In this document: positions 11,076 to 25,068 of the stretch, one piece after another
How positions within the stretch are numbered: position 1 is the stretch's first letter
How the letters are laid out: the number at the start of each line of letters is the position of its first letter
Assembly (NCBI RefSeq): GCF_006345805.1
Contig: NC_042997.1
Coordinates: forward strand, 130,758,001 to 130,822,000
Source: Octopus sinensis
Lineage: Eukaryota
Direction: 5' to 3'
DNA length: 64,000 bases
Notes under the pieces: model-generated
What the model was told of the DNA's origin: nothing
Databases searched by the model: none
Seen by the model: the letters and a program-made list of their open reading frames with translations, nothing else
Program-made: the position numbers and the translations under genes

Positions 11076-14000
11076 GTCAGTGTACATTTACATATATTTT
11101 ATTTGTTTACATATCTCTATTTTCTGTTCTTTAATTTATTGTGCGACACGTTCCCGTGTATAAAGGTAGATCATTCTTGTCAAAAGAAAAATAAACATCA
11201 CATCGCTGGTTGTTGTTTAATTGCCGGTCAGCCTTGATCGGCCAGGTTTTTAATTTGATATGGTTTTATCTAGGATTGCATTATCCAATATGTCTTTTCA
11301 TTTTTAGAGATACCTTCGTTTGGTTTCACAGTCGATATTTTACAAATCTTATCGGTTAATATATTAACTCAGAGTTAAATCGAGGTCAATAAAATAGGTT
11401 GGGCCGATACATTCGACTATACTCTGTCCCTAAATATGAGGCTTTTGTGTCTATCACTGAAGTGGAGAGGTTAGCAGAATTGTTAGCGCGTCAGACAAAC
11501 CACCTTGTGATATTTGTTCAGAATGTACTTTGTATATAATATATCTGGGCTCGATAGAATTAAGTACCAGTCATCTGACCCCAACCATAAACTTTTTGTT
11601 CTTGTGCTTATATCGCCTACCCACTTCTTTATAAAAAAGCAAAATAAAGTTTGCATCCATATAATTTTACTTTCTTCATCATGTTGAATAAGTTTATAAA
11701 GTTTAGCACATCTTAATACTGTTAAACATGACATTTTGTCTCCTCCCCAATAATTTTTTTAATCGTCCCACCTCCTACAACCCATGAGAAATACTAAGCT
11801 ATAAAATTCTTGTAAAATGGAAACGGCGAAGCTAAAATGGCATCGTTTCATTAAAAGATACTCCTTACATTATATTAGATTAATAATTTATCATACTTTG
11901 TATTTACAAGCCTAAATATAGAAGTCAATATAGTCTTTTCTACTCTAGGCACAAGGCCCGAAGTTTTGGGGGAGGGAGCCAGTCTATTAGACCGACTCCA
12001 GTACGCAACTGGTACTTAATTTGGTAATCTTTTACAATTACACCCGCCTCATGAAACGGGTGTAATAGTAAAATAATACCGATCTGACTTGCTATTTCTG
12101 ATAGTATGGTGCTACTTAAAGAGTTAACTGCTATTTCTGTTTTATTCGTCAATTATATATTAAGCGGAAGTTGACAAAAGTTTTATTTGCCTTGAATGAA
12201 GTACAAAAGAATTCATAGATTGCTGTTTTCATTTAACCATCGTTTAGTTAACTTATTAAGCTAACATTGATAAACATAAAGCATACACCCGCCTCATGAA
12301 ACGGGTGTAATAGTAAAATAATACCCTTAATTTATTGACCCTGAACGGATGAAATGCGAAGTCGACCTCGGCAGAATTTGAACTCAGAACGTAAAGACAG
12401 ACGAAATACCTATTTCTTTACTACAGACAAGGGGCTAAACACAGAAGGGAGAAACAAAGACAGACGAACGGATTAAGTCGATTATATCGACCCCAGTGTG
12501 TAACAGGTACTTATTTAATCGACCCCGAAAGGATGAAAGGATGAATTTGAACTCAAAACGTAGCGGCAGACGAAATACCGCTAAACATTTCACTCTGCGT
12601 GCTAACGTTTCTACCATCTCGCTGCCTTATAAAATTCATTATATTACTTGAACTATTGTGAACTCGTGAGCAGTGACTTGGCCACTTCTGCTTACTCGGC
12701 AACGAGTAAGTTTTACGGTTCAGGATCGAAAATTCCTATAATGGCATCATAGGAATCATATGATGGCATCATAGGAATCATATGATGGCATCATATGACT
12801 TGACCTCCAGGTCAAGTCATATTCACAAAAGGTGGCCGATGAAGTAGCTTTTTTTTTTTTAGATGTTATCGATATCATATTGCAACACTTTGTTCACATT
12901 TACGAGTCTTTACACTACTCGACAGAATATATAATAAAAATAAAATAAAATAGCTTTAAAAAATTAAAACATTCAAATCTAATAAAACTAAGGGTGGCTT
13001 CAGTATCCTCCACCCTCATCAACGAAAACAGTTCATAAAAGTTATAAAATATGTTTGTTATCTGCGAGTAAAGACTAGTTTATTTACAAATTCTGTATAC
13101 TAATAGGAAGAAAGCCCTTGCGCTTGGTGGTCAGTGACATTCGGTTTGAGGGGTTCCTTGATTTGCCCTTGTTGAAGGGAGGTTCTCATATATCAAGAAG
13201 ACTATGTCATCCATATGTATTCATGCATTGGTAGGCAAGACTTCCGCCCGTCCCCAGGGTTAGGGTTACGGTTTTAAGGTTAGGGTTTTAGGGTTAGGGT
13301 TAGTGTTGGGGAAAAAAGTCAAAATTGAAGAATTTGAAAGGGGGTGGGAAATTTAACAAAGCAGATTTTTGGCAATTTTCCGGAACCTCTGTATCTGAAA
13401 AAAATTTTTTTTAAATAAACAAATTTGCGAGAAAATGGATTTGGGGGACAGGCAGAAGTCTTTCCCATTGATATATTATCTGTTGTCTTTTACTTGCTGC
13501 AGTCATTAAACAGCGACCATACTGGGGCACCACCTTGAAGAATTTTAGTCGAGCAAACTGACCGGAGTATTTAATATTTCTTTTTTTTAAACCAGGTACT
13601 TATTCTATCGGATTCTTTGCCCAACTGCTAAGACGTAAATACACCAAGACTGGTTGTCTAGAGGTGATGGGGGACAAACAGTGTGTGTGTGTGTATATAT
13701 ATGAAGGGCTTCTTTCGGTTTCTGTCTACCGCGAGTCTGCTGCCCTTACCACTGGGCCATTGCGCCTCCACACACAGAATATATAGCATTGCTATAATAA
13801 AAAGGTGGCGAGCTGGCAGAAACGTTAGCATGCTGGGCGAAATGCTTAGCAGTATTTCTTCTGACTTTACATTCTGAATTCAAATTCTGCTGAGGTTGAC
13901 TTTTCCTTTCATCCTTTTGGGGCCGATAAATTAAGTATCAGTTGCACACTGGGGTCGATCTTATTGACTGGCCCCTTCCCCCAAAATTTCAGGCCTTGTA

Positions 14001-15325
14001 CCTAAAGTAGAAAAGAAATGAATATATAGCATTGTAGTACTACTTACTACTTTTCTACATCCTGAGTATAGTCACTTCCCAGGTGACACTGTTATTTTGT
14101 TGTCCTGTTAATAAGCAGGACATTGGTTTGTGCCATGTTGACCTTTAGCCCTTTAGCATTCAGATTCCTTTGTCAAATGTTATGCTTACTTATTTGCATA
14201 TATTTGAATTAATTATGCACAGTCTCATAGCTTTAAGATTTCAATGATATGATTGATTATTTTTAAAATGACATTGTATAGTAGGTGTGAGAGATCAAAT
14301 CTGGCTGATCTGAAGATAAAATACGTAGAATATTTGGGCCAGAACAGCTGGTTTAGATGTGAAAGGGTTAAATCAAAAAGACATTCCTTCAGATTTGAAA
14401 TTTTATTTTCAGCAACTTACTACAAACCTAGATTTTATCCATCTTATTCTTAAATATAAGAAAATATTTTTTTTAAAGAAGTGCATGCTAAGCTATGTAG
14501 TTAAGAAGCTAGTTTCGCAACTATCTGCTTCCAAGTTCCATTCTATTGCACAAGAGTACCTTTGGCATGTATCTTCTACTATTGACACAGGAGTGGCTGT
14601 GTGGTAAGTAGCTTACTTACTAACCAAATGGTTCCAGGTTCACTGCCACTGCGTGGCACCTTGGGCAAGTGTCTTCTACTATAGCCTCGGGCCGACCAAA
14701 GCCTTGTGAGTGGATTTGGTAGATGGAAACTGAAAGAAGCCTGTTGTATATATGTGTGTGTTTGTGTGTCTGTGTTTGTCCCCCCAACATTGCTTGACAA
14801 CCGATGATGGTGTGTTTACGTCCCCGTAACCTAGTGGTTCGGCAAAAGTAACCTATAGAATAAGTACTAGGCTTCCAAAGATTAAGTCCTGGGGTTGATT
14901 TGCTCGACTAAAAGGCGGTGCTCCAGCATGGCCACAGTCAAATGACTGAAATGAGTAAAAGAGTATCCAGTAAAGTGGATGCTAACATTTTTGGTGTTTG
15001 TGGGCCAAGAAATTTTACTGAATGTAAAATTAAACTTATGATGAGAAAGAAAATAAAATCATCACAGGTGCAGACATGGTTGTGTGTTTAAGGAGCTTGC
15101 TTTGCAGTCACATGGTTTCGAGTTCAGTTCCACTACACATCACCTTGGTCAAGTATCTTGTGTTTGACTAATGCCTTGTGAATGAATTTGGTAGAGAGAA
15201 ACCTGTGTGTGTGTATGTGCGTTAGTACTTTTGTATGTCCCCCACTACCTCTTGACAACCAGTGCTGGTTTGTTTACATCCCTGTAACTTAGCAGTTTGA
15301 CTAAGTTACAGAGTGTAAGTATACG

Positions 15326-15383
<58 letters not shown>

Positions 15384-18300
15384 AGTGTGTACGTGTGTAT
15401 GTTTCTGTATACTGGTTATACACACACAAACATCTGTTAGAGGATGTGACTTCCTAAAAGTAAGTGACTTAATACATATATTATAGCCGAATGAACAATT
15501 TGTACCATACTAGGTACTGAAGTTAACATGATTGACTAATACTCCTGAAGGTAATAGCTCCATCTTGGCTATAGTCCAAAGACTGAAATCAAAAATAGAA
15601 TAAAAGAATACGACTGTATTTCATTGTTGTCTACTTGAGAAATAATTGTATTTTTGAAGGCATTTAATAATTTTCATCTGTTTTTTGCATTACTCTTTCC
15701 TTATATACAATTTACATTGTAAGTTCTAGTTATTGGCAATGTAATTATATTTAGTATAAATGTATAAAGGACTATGATTTGTTGCATTCTTTTCTAAGAA
15801 TTAAGTCAAGTTATAAAACAGAGCTCGTGTTGATGAATATGCATTTTAAATTGACCATGAGTTGGCCTTTTTTAAAGTACTTACAAGCATTTATTATAAC
15901 TAGATAACATTGATATTCATGTGCATAAAATTATCAACAAATTATGCTCTTGTCTGTTATGAGATGATAATAATTCCTCTTGTGCTGATTTTGGTTATAA
16001 TACCTTGTATACTAAATTTCTTGCAACCTAATTGTGTCTTAAGATCACTGGAAAAATACTGACCTATTTTGTTATTTCAATAGAGCTAAGAATTGAAATG
16101 CACAAAAGAAAATTTAGAAGAATATCTTATTATTTTTCATTTAATAAATTAATTAAAATGGTGAAATCTTTTGACTGCTACACCAAGTAAATTTAAGGGA
16201 GTTTCAGTAAATATAGACTGGAAACAACAATAAAGCATCTGTAGGTATGTGAGTTACTTGTTTGCAAGATTTTATGAAACACAATAACCTCTAAAACTGA
16301 TGGGGTCAATGTAGTTTTAAATTATTTCTGTGTATGTTTTAAACATCAGAGTAAGAAGCTCAGCAATAACGGACTTTTTTTTTATAGGATTTCAGAGATT
16401 GCACAGGGAAAGGGTTGAAGAGCTTACCTTCAAACTAAAACCCTGGTCTGAATGCTTGCAACAGATTGGACCCCACTAAAGGTACCTAGTACATATATAA
16501 CTGAGTGGTTAAATAAAAGAGAATGTGATAACAGAGAGAGACTCAGGAAAATAGAGTGGAAAAGTATAATTGTGATGAAAGAAACAGAACAGTAGTAGCA
16601 AAGCAATGGTTGTGTGTATGTGTGTGTAGGGGGCAGTGCTCTTGCCAATATATCTAATATTGGTCACATTTGAGCATTGTATAGGGCCAGCAACTGATTG
16701 TAGCTAAAGTATTTTCTCACACTGAAGGGGAAACCTAGACTCAGCAATATTATATGAGATATCACTATGAGAGATTGCTGTGTAATTTTTGAGATAAGTG
16801 TGAAGGCTATAGTTGCATGTCAATCACACATAGTAAGGATGTTGTATAAGGAGTCATCATTGTAATTTCTTCATTGAAGTCTGTTTTAAACATTTCTGTT
16901 CATGGAAGTAGTTTATGCCTGGTATGGGATGTCTAGGTTACATATGAATGACATGTATGAAGATGTTCATCTCATGTATGAAGATGTATCATCTCTTGTG
17001 AAAGGTAGAAGAGTCCAATTTGCTGGACATTGTTGTAGAGCTGAAAACGAGGTAATTTCTACTCTTCTCCTCTGGAAGGCATCTGCTCACGATACCAGAG
17101 GGCGCACACACTCCTACCCTGATGTAATCTCCAGGGATACAGGCATCCAGCAACAGGACCTCCGTAATGCTATGATGGACCGTGAAGTCTGGCGTAACAT
17201 AGTAAGTTCCATTGTCTCGACCACGGTCGAACAATGATGATGATGATGAAGATGTTTAAGGAGTTATGGATGGCATTATTAGCAAAGAAGTGTGTACTGC
17301 TGCCAGTAACAACATGTAGATTATTAATGTACAGAAGGAAAAGGCTGGAGAATATAACTGGATCTTGTGGTACACATCAGTTGCAGAGATCTTCTCCAAT
17401 TTCCTTGATCCAAGAAGTGAGAGACAGATAAAGCCTATATGTGGTACCTTAGCTAGAAGTTTCTCATGCCAAATACAGTCAAACTGTTGTGGAATGTAAG
17501 AGAGCAAGTGCCTGTGCAATTAAGTTTGTTGTTATTGAGAGACTCAAGGTTATGAAAGATTTTGTTTATGACTGTCTTCACCATGTTTGAGATATTGGAA
17601 CTGAAGATGATAAGGCAATAATTGGCAGGGTCAGAGAGGTTATCCTTCAGAATGGGATTCATAAACATAAGTACCACTAGGTCTGGAGTTGATGTAGATT
17701 TCACTAGATTAGAATAGATCCTTACAGAGAAAGGTTGAAGAATTTGAGTAAAAGAGCTGGATCTGGAATACAATGTTTGAGATCATGGAAGAAAGTGTCA
17801 TCTGAGTTGTTTTTAAACTTAGGGTGTGATGTTGTGCAAATAAAGCTTGGAGCAGATTCATGCTGGTGGCACATAAAAGCACCCACTACACTCTCGGAGT
17901 GGTTGGTGTTAGGAAGGGCATCCAGCTGTAGAAACTCTGGCAGATCAGATTGGAGCCTGGTGCAACCTTCTTGTTCGCCAGTCCTCAGTCAAATCATCCA
18001 ACCCATGCTAGCATGGAAAGCGGACATTAAACGACGATGATGATGATGATGATGATGTAATTTTCTAGAGCCTGTTCTCTTTTATGTGCAAGTGGTAGAT
18101 ACACTAGAGGTATATCTTATAAATGATTTGGACCAAAAGCACTAAAGAGGTTTATTACAGATGAAGCACAGTTTTGTTTTTCTAGAAGTGCTATTGTCTT
18201 AATCCTTCACTTAGTGAAAAATTAGGTGATGAGCACTGCTAGATTTAGTGTATAACCTACATTGTCTTCAAGTTAAATTGAATCTTTTTCAACATAGGCA

Positions 18301-21300
18301 CAAAATCTCAAATATTTTGTGAGGTACAATCAAGATTCCTACCACAGTTTTATACTAGTATATATTTTTATCAAACCCAGAATAAGAGGGTTAAAGTTTA
18401 GTAGGATTCAAAATCGGGATGTAAAGAGGCATAACTAAATACCACAAAGCATTTTACCCAACATTCTACTAATTCTACCAATCCAATCCTCATTTTAAGT
18501 TGAAAGGAAAATTCTGTTTCATATTTTCAGATGGAGCAATAAAGTTCCTAAAAGAAATGGCTGGAGAACTTGGTTTGCCATATAAAGTGATTGAGGTGAG
18601 CAATGTAACTTCTATTTATTTAAGGTTAACAGAAATAATTACTTAAGTTCATTAAACTCCTGTTTAATTAAATTTACCAGTTAACTACAGCTTTTCTTAT
18701 CTCTTCTCTCCCCATAAAGGTATGTTTCTTTATTAGCCACAGAGGGCTGAACACAGACGGGACAAATTACAAAGTAGAGCTTTTCTTTTTGGGGAGAAAA
18801 AAAAAAGTGGGGTAGGTTTTCAATCAAAAGGGATCGTAAAAAGAAAAGGAAAAAAAACGATCAATAGGGATCGTGTATCACAGAAATGTCATGATGTAAA
18901 GTGTAAAGGGGACAACAGATAAGGTTTATCCATGGAAAGAAAAGCCTATGGAAAAGACCACGGTAACCTTGGTCAATAATGTCACATATTAACACATTTA
19001 TTTGCAAGTAAGTTACTCTGTTTTAAATTTTTCGAGGTTCATAGGATCATACTCAAGGTGGCTTTGTCATTCATATGTGCCATCCTTGCTACATTCACCC
19101 ATCTTTTTTTGAAGCATTCACTAGACAAAAATTACCTCTCTACTCTCACTTTCCTTTTCAAGTGATACTTGAAGAAGTTGATGTGAGATTGACCAGAGAG
19201 AAAAATGTTTGTCTCTAATCCTTTCAGACGCGTCCACCAGATACATTCTTTCGCCATAGATTACTAAGTAAATCAAGAAACAAAGACAATAGTCATAATT
19301 CTGTGACGTTTCCTTGACAATGTAGAAGATTGCTTTGTTTGTGGATGAGTTCTTTCCCATCATTTAGATATTTAGCATGAATTCTCTTTCTCTTCGTTGG
19401 GTTTTCAGATGTTTGATCAGATATTTTAAACACTGTCTATACACCATCTACAGAAAAAAAAAAACCTTTTTAATTCTCCCAACTAGAAATGTAAACAAAC
19501 CAATACTTGTCAAGCAGTTGTGGGGACTAATGCAAAAACGCCACACACAAATACATAAATACATATATGACAGGCTTCGACATAGTTTTCATCTACCAAA
19601 TTCAATCACAATACATTGATCTTCCTGGGGGTTGTAGTAGTAAACATTTGTCCAACGTGCTGCGCAGTGGGACTGAACTCGAAGCCATGTGGTCTTATCT
19701 TGTGAGCTATTTGGTGATCGCACAGGTGCTGGTGGCACAAAAAAGTACCGAGTGCTCTCTTTAAAGTGGATGGTGTAAGGAAGGGCATCTAGCCATTGAA
19801 ATCATGATAAAGCTGACACTGGAGCCTATTGGACTCTGAGCTATCAGATCCTATCAAACCATTCAGCCCATGCCAGTGTGCAATGTGGCTGCTAAATCAG
19901 GATGAGTAACACACCTTCAATCTAAGCAAAAATAGAGAAACAGAGAAAATTGAAAAAATTGTCCTGTTTTTGTCTATTTTTTTCTTTCTGTATTTTTTAA
20001 TGTATTATTTTTTAGGTTTCTCCAGGCAAGCCTGTGTTTGTGATGACTGTTGAAGGAAAAGACCCTTCCTTACCATCTTTAATGTTGAATTCTCATATTG
20101 ATGTTGTTCCAGTAGATATGGTAAATATTGCTTATTTGTTTTGGTTTGAAAGTGAACAAGGGGTTAGGGTTAGGGTTAGTCTTTGAGGCTGCGGTTGGGG
20201 AAAAAAATGAGGCTAGATGCTATTAACAATCCACCACCCTCATGAGCTGAATAATACATGTATGTTGTTCCCCTGCAAAACCCTCATTTCCATCACTGGC
20301 TGCTGTAATCTGAAAGGTGGGAACTGAGTCGTGTTATTACATTTATCATGCAGAAGAGTTTTAAATGTGCTCTTATAAATTTATTCTTTCTTATTTCTTT
20401 ATTGCCCACAAGGAGCTAATATAGAGGGGACAAATAAGGACAGACATAGGGATTAAGTCGATTACATCGACCCCAGTGCGTAACTGGTGCTTAATTTATT
20501 GACCCCGAAAGGATGAAAGGCAAAGTTGACCTCGGCAGAATTTGAACTCAGAACGTAGCGGCAGACGAAATACCGCTAAGCATTTCGTTCAGCTCGCTAA
20601 TGATTCTGCCAGCTCGCAGCCTTATTATTCTTTCTGTGACATGAATTTATTCTTTCTGTGACATGAATACATCAAGTTACAATTTCTACCATGAACCACT
20701 TAATGAACCAACAGGGGAGCTTCTATGTGTCCAAGCCAACAAGGATCTCTTGGCCTGCTTGAAATAGAAGGAAATCTTCTTTAAATCTCACTACCATACT
20801 AAAAGAAAATAGCCAGGACACATTAGATAATACAGCCCTACATCTCCTGAGAAAGACAGGTTGGCCATGAATGGTATGTCTTTCATCATAAGCTGATCAG
20901 TGTTGAGCTGAAGTTAGGGCTAAATGACAACAACCAGTTGGAAACTAAACTCAATCTGACTTGGCTTGAATTTTCTTTCTGCTTATGATTCTAAGTAGAG
21001 ATTAAGGATTTTTCACATTAATCCTTTTGTTACCATATTTATGTTGGAACACATTGCCTTTGTTTGAGTTTTATTTTGAAAATAACGAAGAATTTATTAA
21101 AATACAAATTAACATAAAATTTTAACGGTGAGTTTTAATTTAAAACACTTTAAAACAGAATTTTAACCATGGAATGTAAGGGTGGTTTCAGGCAGGTGGC
21201 TGTTAAAAAGGTGAACCAACTCATTCTGTCTTTGCCAGGCAGTGAGCTGGCAGACTCATTAGCATGTCAGGACAAAATTCTTGAGAATGTTTCTTCTGGC

Positions 21301-21955
21301 CACTTAGTTCTGTGTTCAAATCCCACTGAGATCAACTTCGTCTTTCATCCCTCCGGGGCTGATTACTGAGGTTGAAGTAATTGACTTGTCTCCTTCCTCC
21401 AAAAATTGTAGGCCTTAAACCCTGGAATGGGCCATTGTCCTGCTCAGTGGGGATGTTGGAAATCTGGTAGACAGCTTTATGAGTGCTAAGGCTCAAGAAA
21501 AACAAAAAAAATTCAGTTTTCATACAAATCAATTATTCATTACTAATTATTGTTGGTATTGATATGCTTATTGATCAATTAATCTTATTTTTTTCATAGG
21601 ATTGTTGGAAAGTCGATCCTTTCAGTGCTGAGAAAATGGAAAATGGAGATATTTATGCTCGAGGAACTCAAGTATGTTTATTTTAAACTTTACTTTTATT
21701 TCTATTTTTACCTCTCACTTTGAATGAAAACATCACAAAGGATCATAAGTTAATATACTGTGAACCCTTTGTGTTTATTTGCCAAGTGTAGGAGTGGCTG
21801 TGTGGTAAGTAGCTTGCTTACGAACCACATGGTTCCGGGTTCCATCCCACTGTGTGGTACCTTGGGCAAGTGTCTTCTTCTATAGCCTCGGGCCGACCAA
21901 AGCCTTGTGAGTGGACTTGGTAGACGGAAACTGAAAGAAGCCCATCGTATGTATG

Positions 21956-22026
<71 letters not shown>

Positions 22027-25000
22027 ATGTTTGTGTGTCTGTGTCTGTTCCCCCACTATCGCTTGACAACTGATGCTGGTGTGTTTGTGTCCCTGCAACT
22101 TGGCGGTTCGACGAAAGATATCGATAGAATAAGTACTAGGCTTACAAAGAATAAGTCCTGGGGTCGATTTGCTCGACTAAAGGCAGTGCCACAGTCAAAT
22201 GACTGAAACAAGTAAAAGAGTAAAAGAGAGTAAAGAATAACACAGACCATCACTAGTTTCCTTGGTTTCTGCTATCTTAATTAGTTACTTTAGATACTTT
22301 TCAACCCTGTTGTTTGGGGTTCAGTCCTACTGTGTGTCACCTTGCACAAGTGTTTTCTGCTATAGCCACTGGCTAACCAAACCTTTGTGAGTGGATTTAG
22401 TGGGAGGAAATTGAATAAAGCCTATTTTGTGTGTGTGTGTTTGTGACTCCTCATTTTGACATATGATAATTGTAAATGAGTGTCACTGTCATGCAAGTGG
22501 TGTCGTTTGTTTCCAATCTTCAGTGCAAACATGTCCAGACATGGGGAAATATTACATGTTTGGAAACAAGTGAGGGTTGGCAACAGGAAGGGCATCCAAC
22601 TGTATCACATTTGCTTCAATGAATTCCATCTGACCCATGCAAGCATAGAAAAGTAGACATTAAAAAACAACAAAAAGAATGCTAGTATGGACAGTGGATT
22701 AATAACAATCTATCCTTGTAGAATTAATTAAAGGCTTGGTTTAAAAATCCTGGAATATTTCTGAACATGACAGACATCTTAAGAAGGTCAAAACACTATG
22801 ACAGTTACAACCAAGATGAGGTCATTAGTCTAAATATATCAGTGCATACTTAACAATTGTTTCATTGCTATGTTAACAAAGTTCAGTGAAGTCTATGCTC
22901 TCTGAAAAGGTTATAATAATACTGAAACATGTCTAGAATTATCACCTGTTGTTGAAATGATTTTAAAATATTAGGTGGTGGTGGGGCTCCGAAAGGGGTC
23001 TCAGAGAGTAGTGTCCCTGCCTTCTTGAGCTAGTTTTCCACCACATTTCTTAAAAATCGTAGTAGAGGCCTTGGTCTTGGGACCACTCATGTCTAGAAAC
23101 TGAGGTTGGGGGTAAGCAAGGGCATGTTCCCCATAGAAAATTCAGCTCCCAAAAAAGCCTCACGATAGCAAAGGAGAATGGGCACCAGCCAGCCCAAAGG
23201 TTGGGGTGGGCTGCACCTACCTACCTCGGTTACTATGGCATTGAGGTAGATCTGGCCTCCCCAGTTAATGGGGACAAAACCTGGATTTAAAACACTGGAT
23301 GATGATGATGATGAGTTGTTGACTAATCATCATCATGGTTTAACGTCCGTTTTCCATGCTAGCATGGGTTGGACGGGAGCATGGGTTGTTGACTAATATT
23401 TTACTTATTTTTCTTTTACTTTGCATCATTATATCTAGTTAGCTTTTAAATATTTCCTGCATCAAATATGTTAACATGTCTATAACTATTGGTGTCAAAT
23501 AGTCAAGAATTGAGTGTGTTTTATTTTCTTTGTGGTATCTTATTACAGTTGACAACTGGTGAAGAAAGTATGTGTGCATTAATGTACACACTTGGCTATT
23601 AAATAAATTTCACTTGATTTTGACAGTGACTTTTCAGTCTTTTCATCAACTGAACTGCCTGTCTGCTCATTGAACTAGCTTGTAAGTGGCTGAGTATTCC
23701 TTAATGTAATTCTCAGATGGAATTAGTATGACACACTGTGGGTACAATCCATCCAATGGGCTTCCATAGTTTCCATGTTTCAAATTTCTCTCTCAAATCT
23801 TAGATCATCCTGAGGCTATACGGAAAAAAACCCCACTTTCCTAAGATACCATGCAGTGGAAACGAACCAAGGTGAAATTAATAATCATTCATGCCAGTGG
23901 TACGTAAAAAGCACAATTCGAGCATGATCGTTACCAGCGTCGCCTTACTGGCACTTGCGCTGATGGCACATGAAAAAACATTCAAGTGAGGTTGTTGCCA
24001 GTGCCGCTGGACTGGCTCCTGTGCAGGTGGCACATTAAAAAACAACATTTGAGCGTGGTTGTTGCCAGTACCGCCTGACTGGCCCTCGTGCCGGTGGCAC
24101 GTAAAAGCACCCAGTACACTCACACAGTGGCTGGCGTTAGGAAGGGCATCCAGCTGTAGAAACTCTGCCAGATCAGATTGGAGCCTGTTGCAGCTATCTG
24201 GTTCGCCAGTCCTCAGTCAAATCGTCCAATCCATGCTAATATGGAAAGCGGACGTTAAACGATGATGATGATGATGATGATGATGATGATCTGGCTGTCC
24301 ATAGTTACGATTTTATTTACATAAATAGCAATTCATTTGATAGCGAGGGAACTGTAAGTGCTGCTTATTTATGAACGCAGTTATGTCCCTTACATCTGTT
24401 TCCTCGTGCTTTGGTTACTGACAAAGTTTCTTAAATTGATTAATAGATTACATTTAGAACTTCTTTATTACAACGCTATATATCGTATCTCTAAGGAGAT
24501 GGAATGGCTACGGCTGGACTGACGTAGGGCTAAATACCAACTATCTGCATGCGATAGGCTTTCTTGATCAGAACTCTCCAGGGCTACACAACTACAGCAA
24601 TTATTCTTTACTCACAGAGCTTATACTATCTACATCAAAATGGATTAGAATGATCAAAATTCATTTCACTCATCAATCACTGACCCAATACAAGCACACA
24701 GACATAGCTGTGTGCTTAAGAAGCTCACTGGTTTGTCTTCTTGTACCACCTCCACCCTGGTGCATCTGGCTGATCTCCTCTTCATCACCTGCACTAACCA
24801 TTATATTCAGTCATTCCTCCCTAGATCATCAGTCCTCTGGAATTTCCTCCCTGCCTATATTTATTGTTCAGTGTTTTACCTTCAGCCTTGGATAACCAGT
24901 AATGTCCATACCATATTTCCTTCCTTTGAATCAAACCATTAAAAAAATTTTATGTACTGCTTTAAATTTAGTATTAGATCTTTATGAATATACAATTTAA

Positions 25001-25029
25001 AATAAATCAGCTTTAATTATTTGTGGGTG

Positions 25030-25068
<39 letters not shown>

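Noticed and set aside
13256-13302. Chromosome end or telomere fusion site
   Set aside because: It is short, degenerate, single-orientation and enclosed by TIRs within an intron.
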